Both the position numbers and the translations under genes were made by a program. A stretch of 64,000 bases of DNA from contig CAXHEV010000002.1 in assembly GCA_964015875.1 (NCBI GenBank), positions 11,310-75,309 on the forward strand, read 5' to 3'. Source of the stretch: an uncultured Candidatus Poseidoniales archaeon (lineage in GTDB: Archaea; Thermoplasmatota; Poseidoniia; Poseidoniales; Poseidoniaceae). Below are positions 1 through 8,629 of this stretch, piece by piece. A model generated the notes under the pieces. It was given only the letters and a program-made list of their open reading frames with translations. It had not been told where the DNA came from and did not search any database. Each line of letters opens with the position of its first letter. The stretch's first letter is position 1.

Positions 1-1174
1 TACGAATCGCATCGCACATCTTCTCTTCATCTTCGAGAATGAAGTGGCTTCCGTAGGCATCGACTAGGTAGCCTCGTGGCTTATTTTCGTCGCCGAGGTC
101 TTCAAGCCGATTTGCGATGACGGCTGTCATACCAGCCTTTTCGATTTGTGCTGTGGCACGGTAGATGAGGTCCTTTTGCTTGATTCCTGATTCAAGTTTG
201 AATCCGATCCTGACTGCGTCCTTGCAAGGTTCTTTGAGGGCTATAATGTGCTTCTCGCTTTCGACTAAATTGACATCGAGTCCGCCTTGTTGACTGGCAA
301 TTTTTCCTTCAGCAGGTGAATCCACCACATAATCAAGAACAGCAGCAGCATGAATCCATGCATCGATTTTATCGTTCGACAGTGCCCTTAGTTCATCAAG
401 CATTAGTTTTGGTTCAACAGCCCGAATGACGAGAGGAAGCCATTCTGGTTGGATGGCTGTAGTGATTCCAGCCACGCATGTAACATCGTGCCCGTGCAGG
501 TAAAGGTCATTGGCCACGGCAAAACCTGTTGCGCCACTGCTGTAATTTTGAATGAAACGAACATCATCGATGGCAGAACGTGTCGCACCGAGGGTCACAA
601 CGATGGACTTACGCAGTGGCTTTTTGCTGTTCACTAAATGACAGAATGTGGCAACTGTAGTCTCATGATTGGGTGTTTTACGCTTCCCTTCCGCTTCTTC
701 ACCCCAGAGCACATTGATGCCCTCTGACCGAGCTCGATCTACCAGATCACTCGTGATTGGATCATTCGCCAAATCAATGTGCATACTTGGCACCATCATC
801 ACCGGTGTGCCTCGACTTCGTGCGACGCTAAGCGCCATCAACAAGGGCCCATTTTGTAGGCCATGTAGGTAGGAAGCCAAGGTGTCTCGTGTTGTAGGCA
901 CAACTAGAACTCCATCAGCCGTGCTGAGTGCTTCCATATCGCCATCCCAATCTGTGATGACTTCCCCTTGTGTCGCCCAACGGACTGCCAACGGCGTGAT
1001 GATGCGCTGGGCTGCAGCGGTCATGATGACTGTAATTTCAGCTCCTTGCCGCCTCAACTCTCTAGCAACTCGCACGGTATCAACAGCTGCTATGCCGCCG
1101 GAAACCCCCAAAACCACACGTCGTCCTGCAAGGGCAGAGCCTCGCACTTCAACGTCAGTATCACGTACCGCCAT
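1..1174 (-). CDS. coaBC: Bifunctional phosphopantothenoylcysteine decarboxylase / phosphopantothenate-cysteine ligase (CoaBC), 3' end outside window
   Basis: My own minus-strand translation from the ATG at 1174..1172 gives MAVRDTDVEVRGSALAGRRVVLGVSGGIAAVDTVRVARELRRQGAEITVIMTAAAQRIITP, a flavoprotein/CoaC fold. It continues into a CoaB-like segment KSIVVTLGATRSAIDDVRFIQNYSSGATGFAVANDLYLHGHDVTCVAG. The reading frame stays open to position 1. It is absent from the ORF track only because no stop lies inside the window. Confidence 0.8.
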   Translation of the reverse strand, partial: MAVRDTDVEVRGSALAGRRVVLGVSGGIAAVDTVRVARELRRQGAEITVIMTAAAQRIITPLAVRWATQGEVITDWDGDMEALSTADGVLVVPTTRDTLASYLHGLQNGPLLMALSVARSRGTPVMMVPSMHIDLANDPITSDLVDRARSEGINVLWGEEAEGKRKTPNHETTVATFCHLVNSKKPLRKSIVVTLGATRSAIDDVRFIQNYSSGATGFAVANDLYLHGHDVTCVAGITTAIQPEWLPLVIRAVEPKLMLDELRALSNDKIDAWIHAAAVLDYVVDSPAEGKIASQQGGLDVNLVESEKHIIALKEPCKDAVRIGFKLESGIKQKDLIYRATAQIEKAGMTAVIANRLEDLGDENKPRGYLVDAYGSHFILEDEEKMCDAIR

Positions 1175-1279
1175 GGTTGGTCCACTATGCACACGAACAT
1201 GATTGCTTCGGCGCAGGACGCACAACGACGAGGGTGTAAGAAAGCATACCCTCAAGGCAGGCAAGTCCGTGGTTTTGTC

Positions 1280-1888
1280 ATGGCCGGGAACCGCGGGGAC
1301 GAACTTGTAGTCGCAGGGATGCGACCACAGCAGTTCCTTGGAAGGGGCAACCCCTATGACCCAATCCACCGTGGGACAACACTCATTCTTTTCATTGACA
1401 GTTTGATTATTCTGTTCGTGATTTATGCCCTTTCAACCATCCTCGCTCCGTCGATCGTTGAAGTTTCACTTGGCTTGAGTGCAGCCCTTCTCACAATGAA
1501 CTGGCTTGCCTATCGCAGGAAATCAAAGTTAGCTTATTGGTTTGCTCCAGTCATCATTGGACTTGCCTCTCTCTTCTTCTTGTTTGAAGCGTTGAGCATG
1601 CTCTGGATGGGGAGTTATTTTTTCGCATTCCTCATGATTTGGGCATGCTTTAGCTCAGTTCGGCGGGTCATGACACACTTCCACCCTGGTTACCGCCATG
1701 CCTATCATAGCACGACCGAAATTATTCCCGATCTTCCACTTGAACCTGGCGAAATGTATGCTGCATGCCCGACATGCCTTGCTGTCCTCGCAATTCGCCC
1801 AGCTATGCTTCACTCAAGCGACAGGTGTCCACACTGTCAAAGTCAACTTGTGAGCGATAAACTCAGTGCAAAGTACGAACAAGAGTAA
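1280..1888 (+). CDS. Membrane protein with four predicted TM helices and a C-terminal CPTC...CPHC zinc ribbon (hypothetical)
   Basis: Track ORF 968..1888. Its 5' third is antisense to CoaBC, so I placed the start at the first ATG after the CoaBC start (1280; 1319 is an alternative). There are hydrophobic helices (LILFIDSLIILFVIYALSTIL, LGLSAALLTMNWLAY, WFAPVIIGLASLFFLF, FFAFLMIWACF). The C-terminal AACPTC...DRCPHCQ looks like a zinc ribbon. Confidence 0.45.
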   Translation: MAGNRGDELVVAGMRPQQFLGRGNPYDPIHRGTTLILFIDSLIILFVIYALSTILAPSIVEVSLGLSAALLTMNWLAYRRKSKLAYWFAPVIIGLASLFFLFEALSMLWMGSYFFAFLMIWACFSSVRRVMTHFHPGYRHAYHSTTEIIPDLPLEPGEMYAACPTCLAVLAIRPAMLHSSDRCPHCQSQLVSDKLSAKYEQE

Positions 1889-1903
1889 GCTGCGTTTGCT
1901 GAT

Positions 1904-2185
1904 TCAAAACTTCGGTTTGACGAACACAGTTGTGGCGTTCTCCAAATCGATGTCGTCATCAACGTCATCATTGGCTTCTTCTGTGTCCACCAATACTTCA
2001 TCAGATTCGGAAGCATGTTTCGGTGAGGATTTCACCTTCTTTCCTTTCTCTAAACGATTGATTTGTTTCTGCATCATTTCGAATTCGATTTCCATATCGT
2101 CCATCAAATCTCGCATTTCTTCCATGCGAGAGCTGAGTCTTTTGGTCAACTTCTTGAGTTTACGTAAGGTTCTGTCTTCAGACAT
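1904..2185 (-). CDS. Small coiled-coil protein with a poly-acidic C-terminal tail (hypothetical), immediately downstream of the MreB-like gene
   Basis: In-frame ATG at 2185 (the track start at 2209 is TTG). The sequence has a heptad-like charged N-terminus (LRKLKKLTKRLSSRMEEMRDLMDDMEIEFEMMQKQINRLEKGKK) and a tail TEEANDDVDDDIDLE. It lies 39 nt after the MreB-like stop on the same strand. Confidence 0.45.
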   Translation of the reverse strand: MSEDRTLRKLKKLTKRLSSRMEEMRDLMDDMEIEFEMMQKQINRLEKGKKVKSSPKHASESDEVLVDTEEANDDVDDDIDLENATTVFVKPKF

Positions 2186-2224
2186 AGATATCTCTCCGTT
2201 GTTGGCCAAGGCCGTAGGTTTGCA

Positions 2225-3250
2225 TCAGCGAGTTGCTAGTGTGAGGGAAGACCACATCTCTTCAGGGACTTCCATAGCCAATCGGAGGCCACCCATTGCG
2301 CCAAGACGCACTGGATCGTCAACCACGTGAACATTGACGTCGCCCATATCTGACAGGCGTCGCTCAATCATTGCTCCGAGGCCCTTGATACCCGATCCGC
2401 CACCTGCAAGCACCATGTTTCGGCGGAACTCATCGTGATACTCTGGGTTCGAGCCTGCGATGAGTTGCTTCACATTGTCAACTATGGGATCAACGATTGC
2501 TTCGCAGGCTGCCTGGAGACAGTCTGTGATGTCGAGATTCATGGCTTTACCTTCGATTGAGAAGTCAACCATGATTGGGTTTTCAGGGGTGTGTGTACCA
2601 ACAAAGGAGTACTGCTCTTTCCATCGGCGAGCCATATCCTTGGTGATTTGGGCACCATTGAACTTGGATTGAATCTCTTTGATGAGTGCACGGTCAATGA
2701 AATCTCCAGCGTGACCGGTATGCATCTGGTCATCTGGACCGGGGATTGTACCATAGACACGGCAAAGGTCAGCAGTTCCTGCACCAATGTCGATGACAAG
2801 GGTGTGTTCAATCATGTCAAGAGCGTAAGCGACCGCAAACGGTTCGGAAATGATCATTGCAGCGTTGACCGAGCCTGCTGCAGCATCAAAAATAGCTGTC
2901 TTGTCAACGTAGGATGCTTCCGCAGGTGCACCGATAACGGCGACGACACGGTCGTATTCTTCAGGGTCTGACAAACCAATGAGGTGGGTGATGAAGTGTG
3001 CAATGAATTCACGGTCTTCTTGAGTATCCTTGATGACACCAAGTTCGAGTGGTCGGAACAGGTTCAATGCAAGTCGATTCTTGAGTGCTTCTTCACCAAA
3101 GAGAACATCACGCTTGAGGAAATTTCGTGCGATTGGGTCCTTAGGTGTACCAATCACAGTCAATTCTTCTTCTTCGTGACTGTCGGAGGAAACCATCACC
3201 GAGCGAAAGGTCCCCAAGTCAATTCCAATGTACAGTACTTCTTCTGCCAT
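2225..3250 (-). CDS. MreB/actin-like ATPase (actin/HSP70 fold)
   Basis: ATG at 3250 (track TTG start at 3334). MreB phosphate-1 motif IGIDLGTFRSVMV, phosphate-2 VIDIGAGTADLCRV and adenosine motif MVLAGGGSGIKGL are all present. Confidence 0.8.
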   Translation of the reverse strand: MAEEVLYIGIDLGTFRSVMVSSDSHEEEELTVIGTPKDPIARNFLKRDVLFGEEALKNRLALNLFRPLELGVIKDTQEDREFIAHFITHLIGLSDPEEYDRVVAVIGAPAEASYVDKTAIFDAAAGSVNAAMIISEPFAVAYALDMIEHTLVIDIGAGTADLCRVYGTIPGPDDQMHTGHAGDFIDRALIKEIQSKFNGAQITKDMARRWKEQYSFVGTHTPENPIMVDFSIEGKAMNLDITDCLQAACEAIVDPIVDNVKQLIAGSNPEYHDEFRRNMVLAGGGSGIKGLGAMIERRLSDMGDVNVHVVDDPVRLGAMGGLRLAMEVPEEMWSSLTLATR

Positions 3251-3396
3251 AGCCTTCCCATCGCGACCTACCTTATGAAGAATACCTCGCTGTTGAGCGG
3301 TCTTGAATGGTGACTCCAAATTACTTGCATTCAAAGTGGGGTTTGATAGATTCTATAGAAAGTGGCACAAGAGGTCAGAAAATGTGACTATTTACC

Positions 3397-4413
3397 TCAG
3401 CACCATGCTTCACAAGTTTCACAATACCATGCTGCATATTCAGGATACAATTTGGCCATCTTCGAACATTGTGTGCACTCTTTGAGGGCTTGATCACCAC
3501 AGACTTCCATGACCATTTGTACGTGATACACATCATCTATTCCGAGTTGCTGTCGCATTGACCAGAGCAACTGATCTTCGCTTGGAGAAATGATTCCGTC
3601 TTCGAGGACGAGTTCGACGACGTTCCGATAATCTTCGAAATCACGGATATCTCTGGCGTCAAGAACGACACCATTCTTCTCAGCAACGATGTCCGTGCCA
3701 CCAGGATCATCAACGAAGAGGACCAATGATTCAGGTTTGAGTTTATCATCTCGTAGTTCTAAGGAGATTCGAACGCCTTCGAGGGTGGCATAGACTAAAT
3801 TTGAGTTGTTGTTGATGACATTGGTGATTGAGCGTGCAGTATCTGCTGCACTGCGGCCTCTTCGCCAACCGTTTGGATCGGCGACATTGAACTCATAGAA
3901 TTCCGTACCAATTCCAGGATACTCCAATCGAATCTCTTCTCCGCCATCAAATCCATTGGCCACAATCGTGAGTGCTGCGACCTCGGTGGAAACGATGTTA
4001 TCGTCGTCATCAAAACTAATCATGAGCGGTTTGCGGTCCTCTGTTGCCGTGTTGAAGTGACCTTTCATGCCACTCATCCATTTGTCTTCTAATCGACCAA
4101 GCGACGCTTCCTGTTCTTCCGTGAGGTTTTTCTCGACGCCTAGAACTCCAGCAAGACTCCCAGATTGAACTTCCTTCTTGAATTCCTCAATCATTTCCGC
4201 ATCTTGCCTGTATGTTGGAGGTGGCATTCGAGTGGACTCTTCGACATGGTTTGGATCGGCCCATTCATGGTTGCAGGAAACGCACATGAGGTAGCCCTTC
4301 ATGGTCGATGATTGAGCCTCACCACCACATCTTGGACAATCTCCGCCTTCGGTGTATTGGAGATTGTCGACTGCATCGCGACGACCTTTCCGTATGTTCC
4401 CAAAGCCTGCCAT
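3397..4413 (-). CDS. Hypothetical protein with an N-terminal zinc ribbon (CPRCG...CVSCNH) and a C-terminal Cys cluster (CTQC...CETCEAWC)
   Basis: ATG at 4413 (track start 4443 is TTG). Two separated CxxC pairs sit at each end, with an acidic middle region. It lies downstream of the thiolase and DUF35-like genes on the same strand. Confidence 0.5.
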   Translation of the reverse strand: MAGFGNIRKGRRDAVDNLQYTEGGDCPRCGGEAQSSTMKGYLMCVSCNHEWADPNHVEESTRMPPPTYRQDAEMIEEFKKEVQSGSLAGVLGVEKNLTEEQEASLGRLEDKWMSGMKGHFNTATEDRKPLMISFDDDDNIVSTEVAALTIVANGFDGGEEIRLEYPGIGTEFYEFNVADPNGWRRGRSAADTARSITNVINNNSNLVYATLEGVRISLELRDDKLKPESLVLFVDDPGGTDIVAEKNGVVLDARDIRDFEDYRNVVELVLEDGIISPSEDQLLWSMRQQLGIDDVYHVQMVMEVCGDQALKECTQCSKMAKLYPEYAAWYCETCEAWC

Positions 4414-4474
4414 AGACGGGCGAGGTGATTGGCTTTCTATCAATACTTTGGGCGATATAAATGGTGAAACAAAA

Positions 4475-5317
4475 TTAATTTGTCACAGGGATTGCTTTCA
4501 TTCCATAGCGGACGAGGCCTTCTTGGGCGTAGATTCTGCGAACAACAAAGGTGACTTGGTCTCCAATTGAGGGTTCATATTGTTCATCGTCAGCGATCAA
4601 AAACACACCACAAGGCCCTTGCTCAAATCGAACAAAAACCGTCTGAATTCCGCCAAGAATAGGTGCTCTCAGTGCAAATTCTGATGGTGCGCCTGCAGCA
4701 CTTAGTTTGGTCCACGATTCCACCACAGCCGATGCCAAGAGTGGACTGTTGGCTTGTTGCATGCGTCTCCCCTCGCCATCCATTTGGCGTGGTGGCCAGA
4801 CGAGTGCGTGGTTATTTGATTGAGCCATAAAGCCCAGCCGTGCTTCAGCCCCTTCCATGTAAGCTGCCTCGGAGACATAGGCGCCTTGTGATACGTGTGT
4901 TGTACTGAGTTCTCTTTGCCACGCAGTTTCCATATCAGTGTAAAATGTTGAATCCATTGATTCGAGCTCAGAGGGTCCGTGGAATCCTAAATCCCGATCC
5001 AAGTCATTCGTAAAGACCAGGGTTGCTTCCTCACCAACCAGAAGATTCCATTCACATGGCTCCTCTTCCTCGCCGCACAAGACATTGACACCAGTTGCGC
5101 TCTTCACGGCAGAAGGGTTGACCAAGGGTAGGCTCCGAATATCACTGAGAATGATTCCACGGCTCGAAAGCAAGTGCAAACCAGCAATGGCCATGGTTGT
5201 GTAATCCGAATCTGCGCCAAAAACAAGAACATCATCATGGATGTAAGGTGTTTGCATCATCAGAGCGTTTTCATCAAACATACCTAGGTATCCTTGCCAC
5301 TCAATCACTTCGTTCAT
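4475..5317 (-). CDS. Thiolase-associated DUF35-like OB-fold protein with an unusual roughly 190-aa N-terminal extension and no zinc ribbon
   Basis: The C-terminal sequence APILGGIQTVFVRFEQGPCGVFLIADDEQYEPSIGDQVTFVVRRIYAQEGLVRYGMKAIP matches the OB-fold half of the DUF35 scaffold that pairs with the archaeal thiolase/HMG-CoA synthase. The ATG at 5317 overlaps the thiolase TGA as ATGA, which suggests translational coupling. The first 105 codons of the track ORF (to 5632) lie in an alternative frame inside the thiolase gene and are rejected. Confidence 0.6.
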   Translation of the reverse strand: MNEVIEWQGYLGMFDENALMMQTPYIHDDVLVFGADSDYTTMAIAGLHLLSSRGIILSDIRSLPLVNPSAVKSATGVNVLCGEEEEPCEWNLLVGEEATLVFTNDLDRDLGFHGPSELESMDSTFYTDMETAWQRELSTTHVSQGAYVSEAAYMEGAEARLGFMAQSNNHALVWPPRQMDGEGRRMQQANSPLLASAVVESWTKLSAAGAPSEFALRAPILGGIQTVFVRFEQGPCGVFLIADDEQYEPSIGDQVTFVVRRIYAQEGLVRYGMKAIPVTN

Positions 5318-6486
5318 GAGCGATCCCTCCCAAATACGTGAACGGCACATGTGGCACCGGAACCACCAACGTTGTGGGTGATTCCAATTTCTGCATCTCG
5401 CACTTGTCGGGCATCTTCCACGCTTCCCCGCAATTGCTTGAACACCTCGACGGCTTGTCCGGTTCCTGTTGCACCAAGTGGGTGCCCCTTCGATTTCAGC
5501 CCCCCGCTCGGGTTGATGCAGACATCGCCTTGGTTGCGGACACCTCGTTGTTCTCGGGCAAATACCCCACCTTGACCACGCTCTGCGAAGCCAAGATCTT
5601 CCGTTGCCATGAGTTCTGCAATGGTAAAACAATCATGGACTTCCGCTAAATCAATGTCATTAGCACTTATTCCAGCTGCTTTGTAGGCTGCGTTTGAGGC
5701 TTGTTGAGTGGCTTTCACTTGCGTGATGCTTGGACGGTCGTGCAATGCTAAGTAATCAGACCCAGCTCCCGAAGAGCGAAGCCAAACTGGATCATCGGTG
5801 AATTGCCGGACCACATGATCGGCTGCAAGAATGACGGCCGACGCACCATCCGAAGTCGGACAGCAATCATACAGCGTCAATGGATCGGCAACCATGAAAC
5901 CACTTTGTGCCTTCTCAAACGAGACCTGCTTACGAATATGTGCCATTTCGTTTTCAAAACCATGCATGTGGTTCTTGACGCTGATATTGACAAGGTCATC
6001 GTGTGTTGAATCGTGCTCGTGAAAATGGCGACGCGCCATCAGCGCATAGGTGCCCGGAAAGGTCAGCCCTGCAAGACGCTCCCACTCGGTATCGCCAGAA
6101 ACGCCAAGCCAAAACCGTCGGCGCTCAGCAGAGAGATCATTCATCTTCTCGATTCCACCTGCAACTACAACATCGGCTTGCCCGCTCTTGATGGCCATCC
6201 ATGCGTCACGTAGAGCAAATCCGGATGATGCACAGGCATTTTCCACACGTCGAACTGGAATACCTTCGAGACCTGAATGTTCGGTGAGCAGTGCTGCGGT
6301 GTTGCCGAGTTGTCCTCCTCCGAAAGCAACGCTTCCGATGAAGGCTTCATCGACATGCCGTGGCTCAAAATTTTGGTCGACGCTTGCAAAGGCTTGCTCA
6401 GCGGCCTCAGCCCACATGCCCTTCAATCCTGACGGGTGGTTTCCGTACTTTGTTTGACCTGCACCAATCACGGCGACATCGACCAT
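5314..6486 (-). CDS. Acetyl-CoA C-acetyltransferase (acetoacetyl-CoA thiolase), mevalonate pathway entry
   Basis: Thiolase fold motifs: the N-terminal MVDVAVIGAGQTKYG, the active-site region NACASSGFALRDAW, and the C-terminal GGLKSKGHPLGATG. ATG at 6486. Confidence 0.9.
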   Translation of the reverse strand: MVDVAVIGAGQTKYGNHPSGLKGMWAEAAEQAFASVDQNFEPRHVDEAFIGSVAFGGGQLGNTAALLTEHSGLEGIPVRRVENACASSGFALRDAWMAIKSGQADVVVAGGIEKMNDLSAERRRFWLGVSGDTEWERLAGLTFPGTYALMARRHFHEHDSTHDDLVNISVKNHMHGFENEMAHIRKQVSFEKAQSGFMVADPLTLYDCCPTSDGASAVILAADHVVRQFTDDPVWLRSSGAGSDYLALHDRPSITQVKATQQASNAAYKAAGISANDIDLAEVHDCFTIAELMATEDLGFAERGQGGVFAREQRGVRNQGDVCINPSGGLKSKGHPLGATGTGQAVEVFKQLRGSVEDARQVRDAEIGITHNVGGSGATCAVHVFGRDRS

Positions 6487-6592
6487 GCCTTAACCAAAAG
6501 CCGTCAGCATTTGATTTGCTCGGTTGAAATCGCATATCGACGCAGTTGGTTTTACCCTATACTCTAAGAACACGGTCTGCTCCCCGCCAAAT

Positions 6593-7300
6593 ATGCTACG
6601 TCAATGTCGCAGTAGGGCCTGCAAAATAAACAACGGATTCTTCTCGGGTCCAAACTGTCATGTGTGCAATGAAGAAGGCAAATTCATCATGAGTGATCGT
6701 GAGGCAAATTCCCTTGGTCGCATGCTTGCATTGGTGCTCCGCCACGCTCCAGAAAAGTTCAATGTTGAAATGGACATCAATGGATGGGTCAACTCTCGTG
6801 AGTTGTCGGAAAATATCGCCAAGCAACGCCGCCACTACCACTGGTTGCGTGGATGGCACTTTGCAGCCATCGCAAGTTCTGATGAAAAAGGACGCTACCA
6901 AGTTGAAGGTGACATGCTTAGAGCAACTTACGGCCACTCCATTGAACTGGAACTCGACCTTCCAACCGATGACATCCCAGAAGCACTTTACTGGCCTTGC
7001 GAACCTGAGCAGGTTGAGACAATCAAGGAACTCGGTATTACTGCAGGCGACCGCAAGCACGTCCACTTGTCAAAATCCATCAGCAACGCCATGGAAGCTG
7101 GTCACGTTCGAATTGATCGTCCTGCCATTCTCGAAATTGATACGGTCAGGGCTATTGCCGACGGCCATGTCATTTACCGAGCAGGTACAACAGTCTATCT
7201 CGTCGATGAAATGCCTGGTGAGTACCTGTACCAAATCGAAGATGATGACCCAATGGTGCTTGAAATAATTGCACAGTGGGAACTCGAAGAAGAAGAGTGA
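6593..7300 (+). CDS. kptA: RNA 2'-phosphotransferase Tpt1/KptA, possibly with an N-terminal Cys4 cluster
   Basis: LGRMLALVLRHAPEKFNVEMDINGWVNSREL is the typical Tpt1 N-terminal motif. The start is ambiguous: the ATG at 6593 retains CRSRAC...NCHVC, while the ATG at 6689 (MSDRE) has a GAAGG 8 nt upstream. The track start at 6524 is TTG. Confidence 0.7.
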   Translation: MLRQCRSRACKINNGFFSGPNCHVCNEEGKFIMSDREANSLGRMLALVLRHAPEKFNVEMDINGWVNSRELSENIAKQRRHYHWLRGWHFAAIASSDEKGRYQVEGDMLRATYGHSIELELDLPTDDIPEALYWPCEPEQVETIKELGITAGDRKHVHLSKSISNAMEAGHVRIDRPAILEIDTVRAIADGHVIYRAGTTVYLVDEMPGEYLYQIEDDDPMVLEIIAQWELEEEE

Positions 7301-7302
7301 AT

Positions 7303-7638
7303 TCACTTTTCTTGTCCACAAGCAGGACAGAAAGTGAGGTCCTGCTCAAGTTGTGCACCACAACTAGCACAGTGCATGCCACCGGTTTTCAGAGCCTCAA
7401 TTTTGTTGACAGGTGGTGCTGCTGGGTCGTTTGCTTTCGGTTTGACCAAGCGCAGCGGGTCGATGCCATGTTCCTGAAGTTCTCTGAATCGATTTCCAAA
7501 AATAATCGCTTCTTGGATGGCTGCTTCAATTTGCCATTGACGTTGTTGTTGCTCTTCTGCATCTGGAATCTCCGTTGACTCCTCCAGTACGGCTTGCAAG
7601 TGTCGCATGAAATCACTGAGGCTCGGGCCTTCTGCCAT
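7303..7638 (-). CDS. Hypothetical protein with a C-terminal zinc ribbon (CASCG...CPACG)
   Basis: ATG at 7638 (track TTG start 7719 would run into the IPK upstream region). The sequence is acidic and Q-rich, with a C-terminal CxxC-x10-CxxC. Confidence 0.4.
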   Translation of the reverse strand: MAEGPSLSDFMRHLQAVLEESTEIPDAEEQQQRQWQIEAAIQEAIIFGNRFRELQEHGIDPLRLVKPKANDPAAPPVNKIEALKTGGMHCASCGAQLEQDLTFCPACGQEK

Positions 7639-7736
7639 GCAAGTGGCTCTCAGCCAAGCCTCATCAATGCTTGGTGTATCTTTCCTTGTTGTTCTCGTTG
7701 AGGCAACCTCATGAGTCAAGGCGGATTGGAGCCACC

Positions 7737-8552
7737 ATGCGTGAACGGGTTGTCATCAAATGGGGCGGTGGCCTCATTACCGACAAGACGACCCTTTGCA
7801 CCCCCAAATTGGAGGTCATCGCAGATCTAGCTGCTGCAGTAAAGCGGTGTATTGACAACGAGGTGGATGTTATTTTGGTTCACGGTGCAGGTTCCTATGG
7901 CCACCTGCGTGCAAGGCACTGGAGGTTGAACGAAGGCAGGGTGAGCGAGGATATTTCACCAGATGACCAATGCTCAACGCAGGATGAAGCGGTCGCCTGT
8001 GTTCGAAAAGAGATGTTGGCGTTGAACGATCACGTATGTTCCGCCCTCCAGCAGATCGGAATTCCGACCGTTGTCCACCCCCCACACCGTTGGGCCAAGG
8101 GCGTTGGAGCTAATTTCCAAGGTTCTCTTTCTCGGTTTGATTCCAGAAATGGCACGGTGGCGATTACCTTCGGTGACGTTGTGCCAGTTGATGGCGAAGC
8201 AGAATTTGGAATTCTGTCCGGTGATGATCTCGTCTTCCGTTTAGCAACAGAAGTTCCCTATGTTGAGCGACTGGTGTTCGCCATCGGTGGTGTTGACGGT
8301 TTACTTCGTTGCCCTCCCGACCGAGCAACCGACGAGGATTTGATTGAAATCTGGTCCCCATCCGTTGAATTTGAAGGTGAGCACCAAAGTGAAATCGATG
8401 TGACTGGTGGAATTGGCCTCAAGGCTGCTCGGGGTGCTCAGGCAGCGGCTCAAGGTGTAGAAGTTCACATGGTCAACGGCGACATTGCCGAGCGCGTCTA
8501 TCATGCTTGCATGGGACATGAAGTTCGAGGCACACGAGTGATTGATTCGTAA
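7737..8552 (+). CDS. Isopentenyl phosphate kinase (amino-acid-kinase fold)
   Basis: MRERVVIKWGGGLITDK...VDVILVHGAGSYGHL matches the IPK/aspartokinase-superfamily glycine-rich N-terminus. ATG at 7737 (the track start 7671 adds a non-homologous leader). Confidence 0.8.
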   Translation: MRERVVIKWGGGLITDKTTLCTPKLEVIADLAAAVKRCIDNEVDVILVHGAGSYGHLRARHWRLNEGRVSEDISPDDQCSTQDEAVACVRKEMLALNDHVCSALQQIGIPTVVHPPHRWAKGVGANFQGSLSRFDSRNGTVAITFGDVVPVDGEAEFGILSGDDLVFRLATEVPYVERLVFAIGGVDGLLRCPPDRATDEDLIEIWSPSVEFEGEHQSEIDVTGGIGLKAARGAQAAAQGVEVHMVNGDIAERVYHACMGHEVRGTRVIDS

Positions 8553-8629
8553 TCTCACTCCGCACTGCTGAACGATTTTGAGAGAACTCTTCATGTAGCG
8601 ACCGCGCATCGAAGGGGTTAGGGATTGCT

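Noticed and set aside
968-1279. 5' third of track ORF 968..1888 (MCRPTDCQRRDD...)
   Set aside because: It is antisense to the well-supported CoaBC gene and Cys/Arg-rich, with no homology. The real membrane-protein gene most likely begins at the ATG at 1280 or 1319.
5318-5632. N-terminal 105 codons of track ORF 4475..5632
   Set aside because: They lie in an alternative frame inside the thiolase gene and are Arg/Cys/Trp-rich nonsense. The homology-supported start is the ATG at 5317, which overlaps the thiolase stop.
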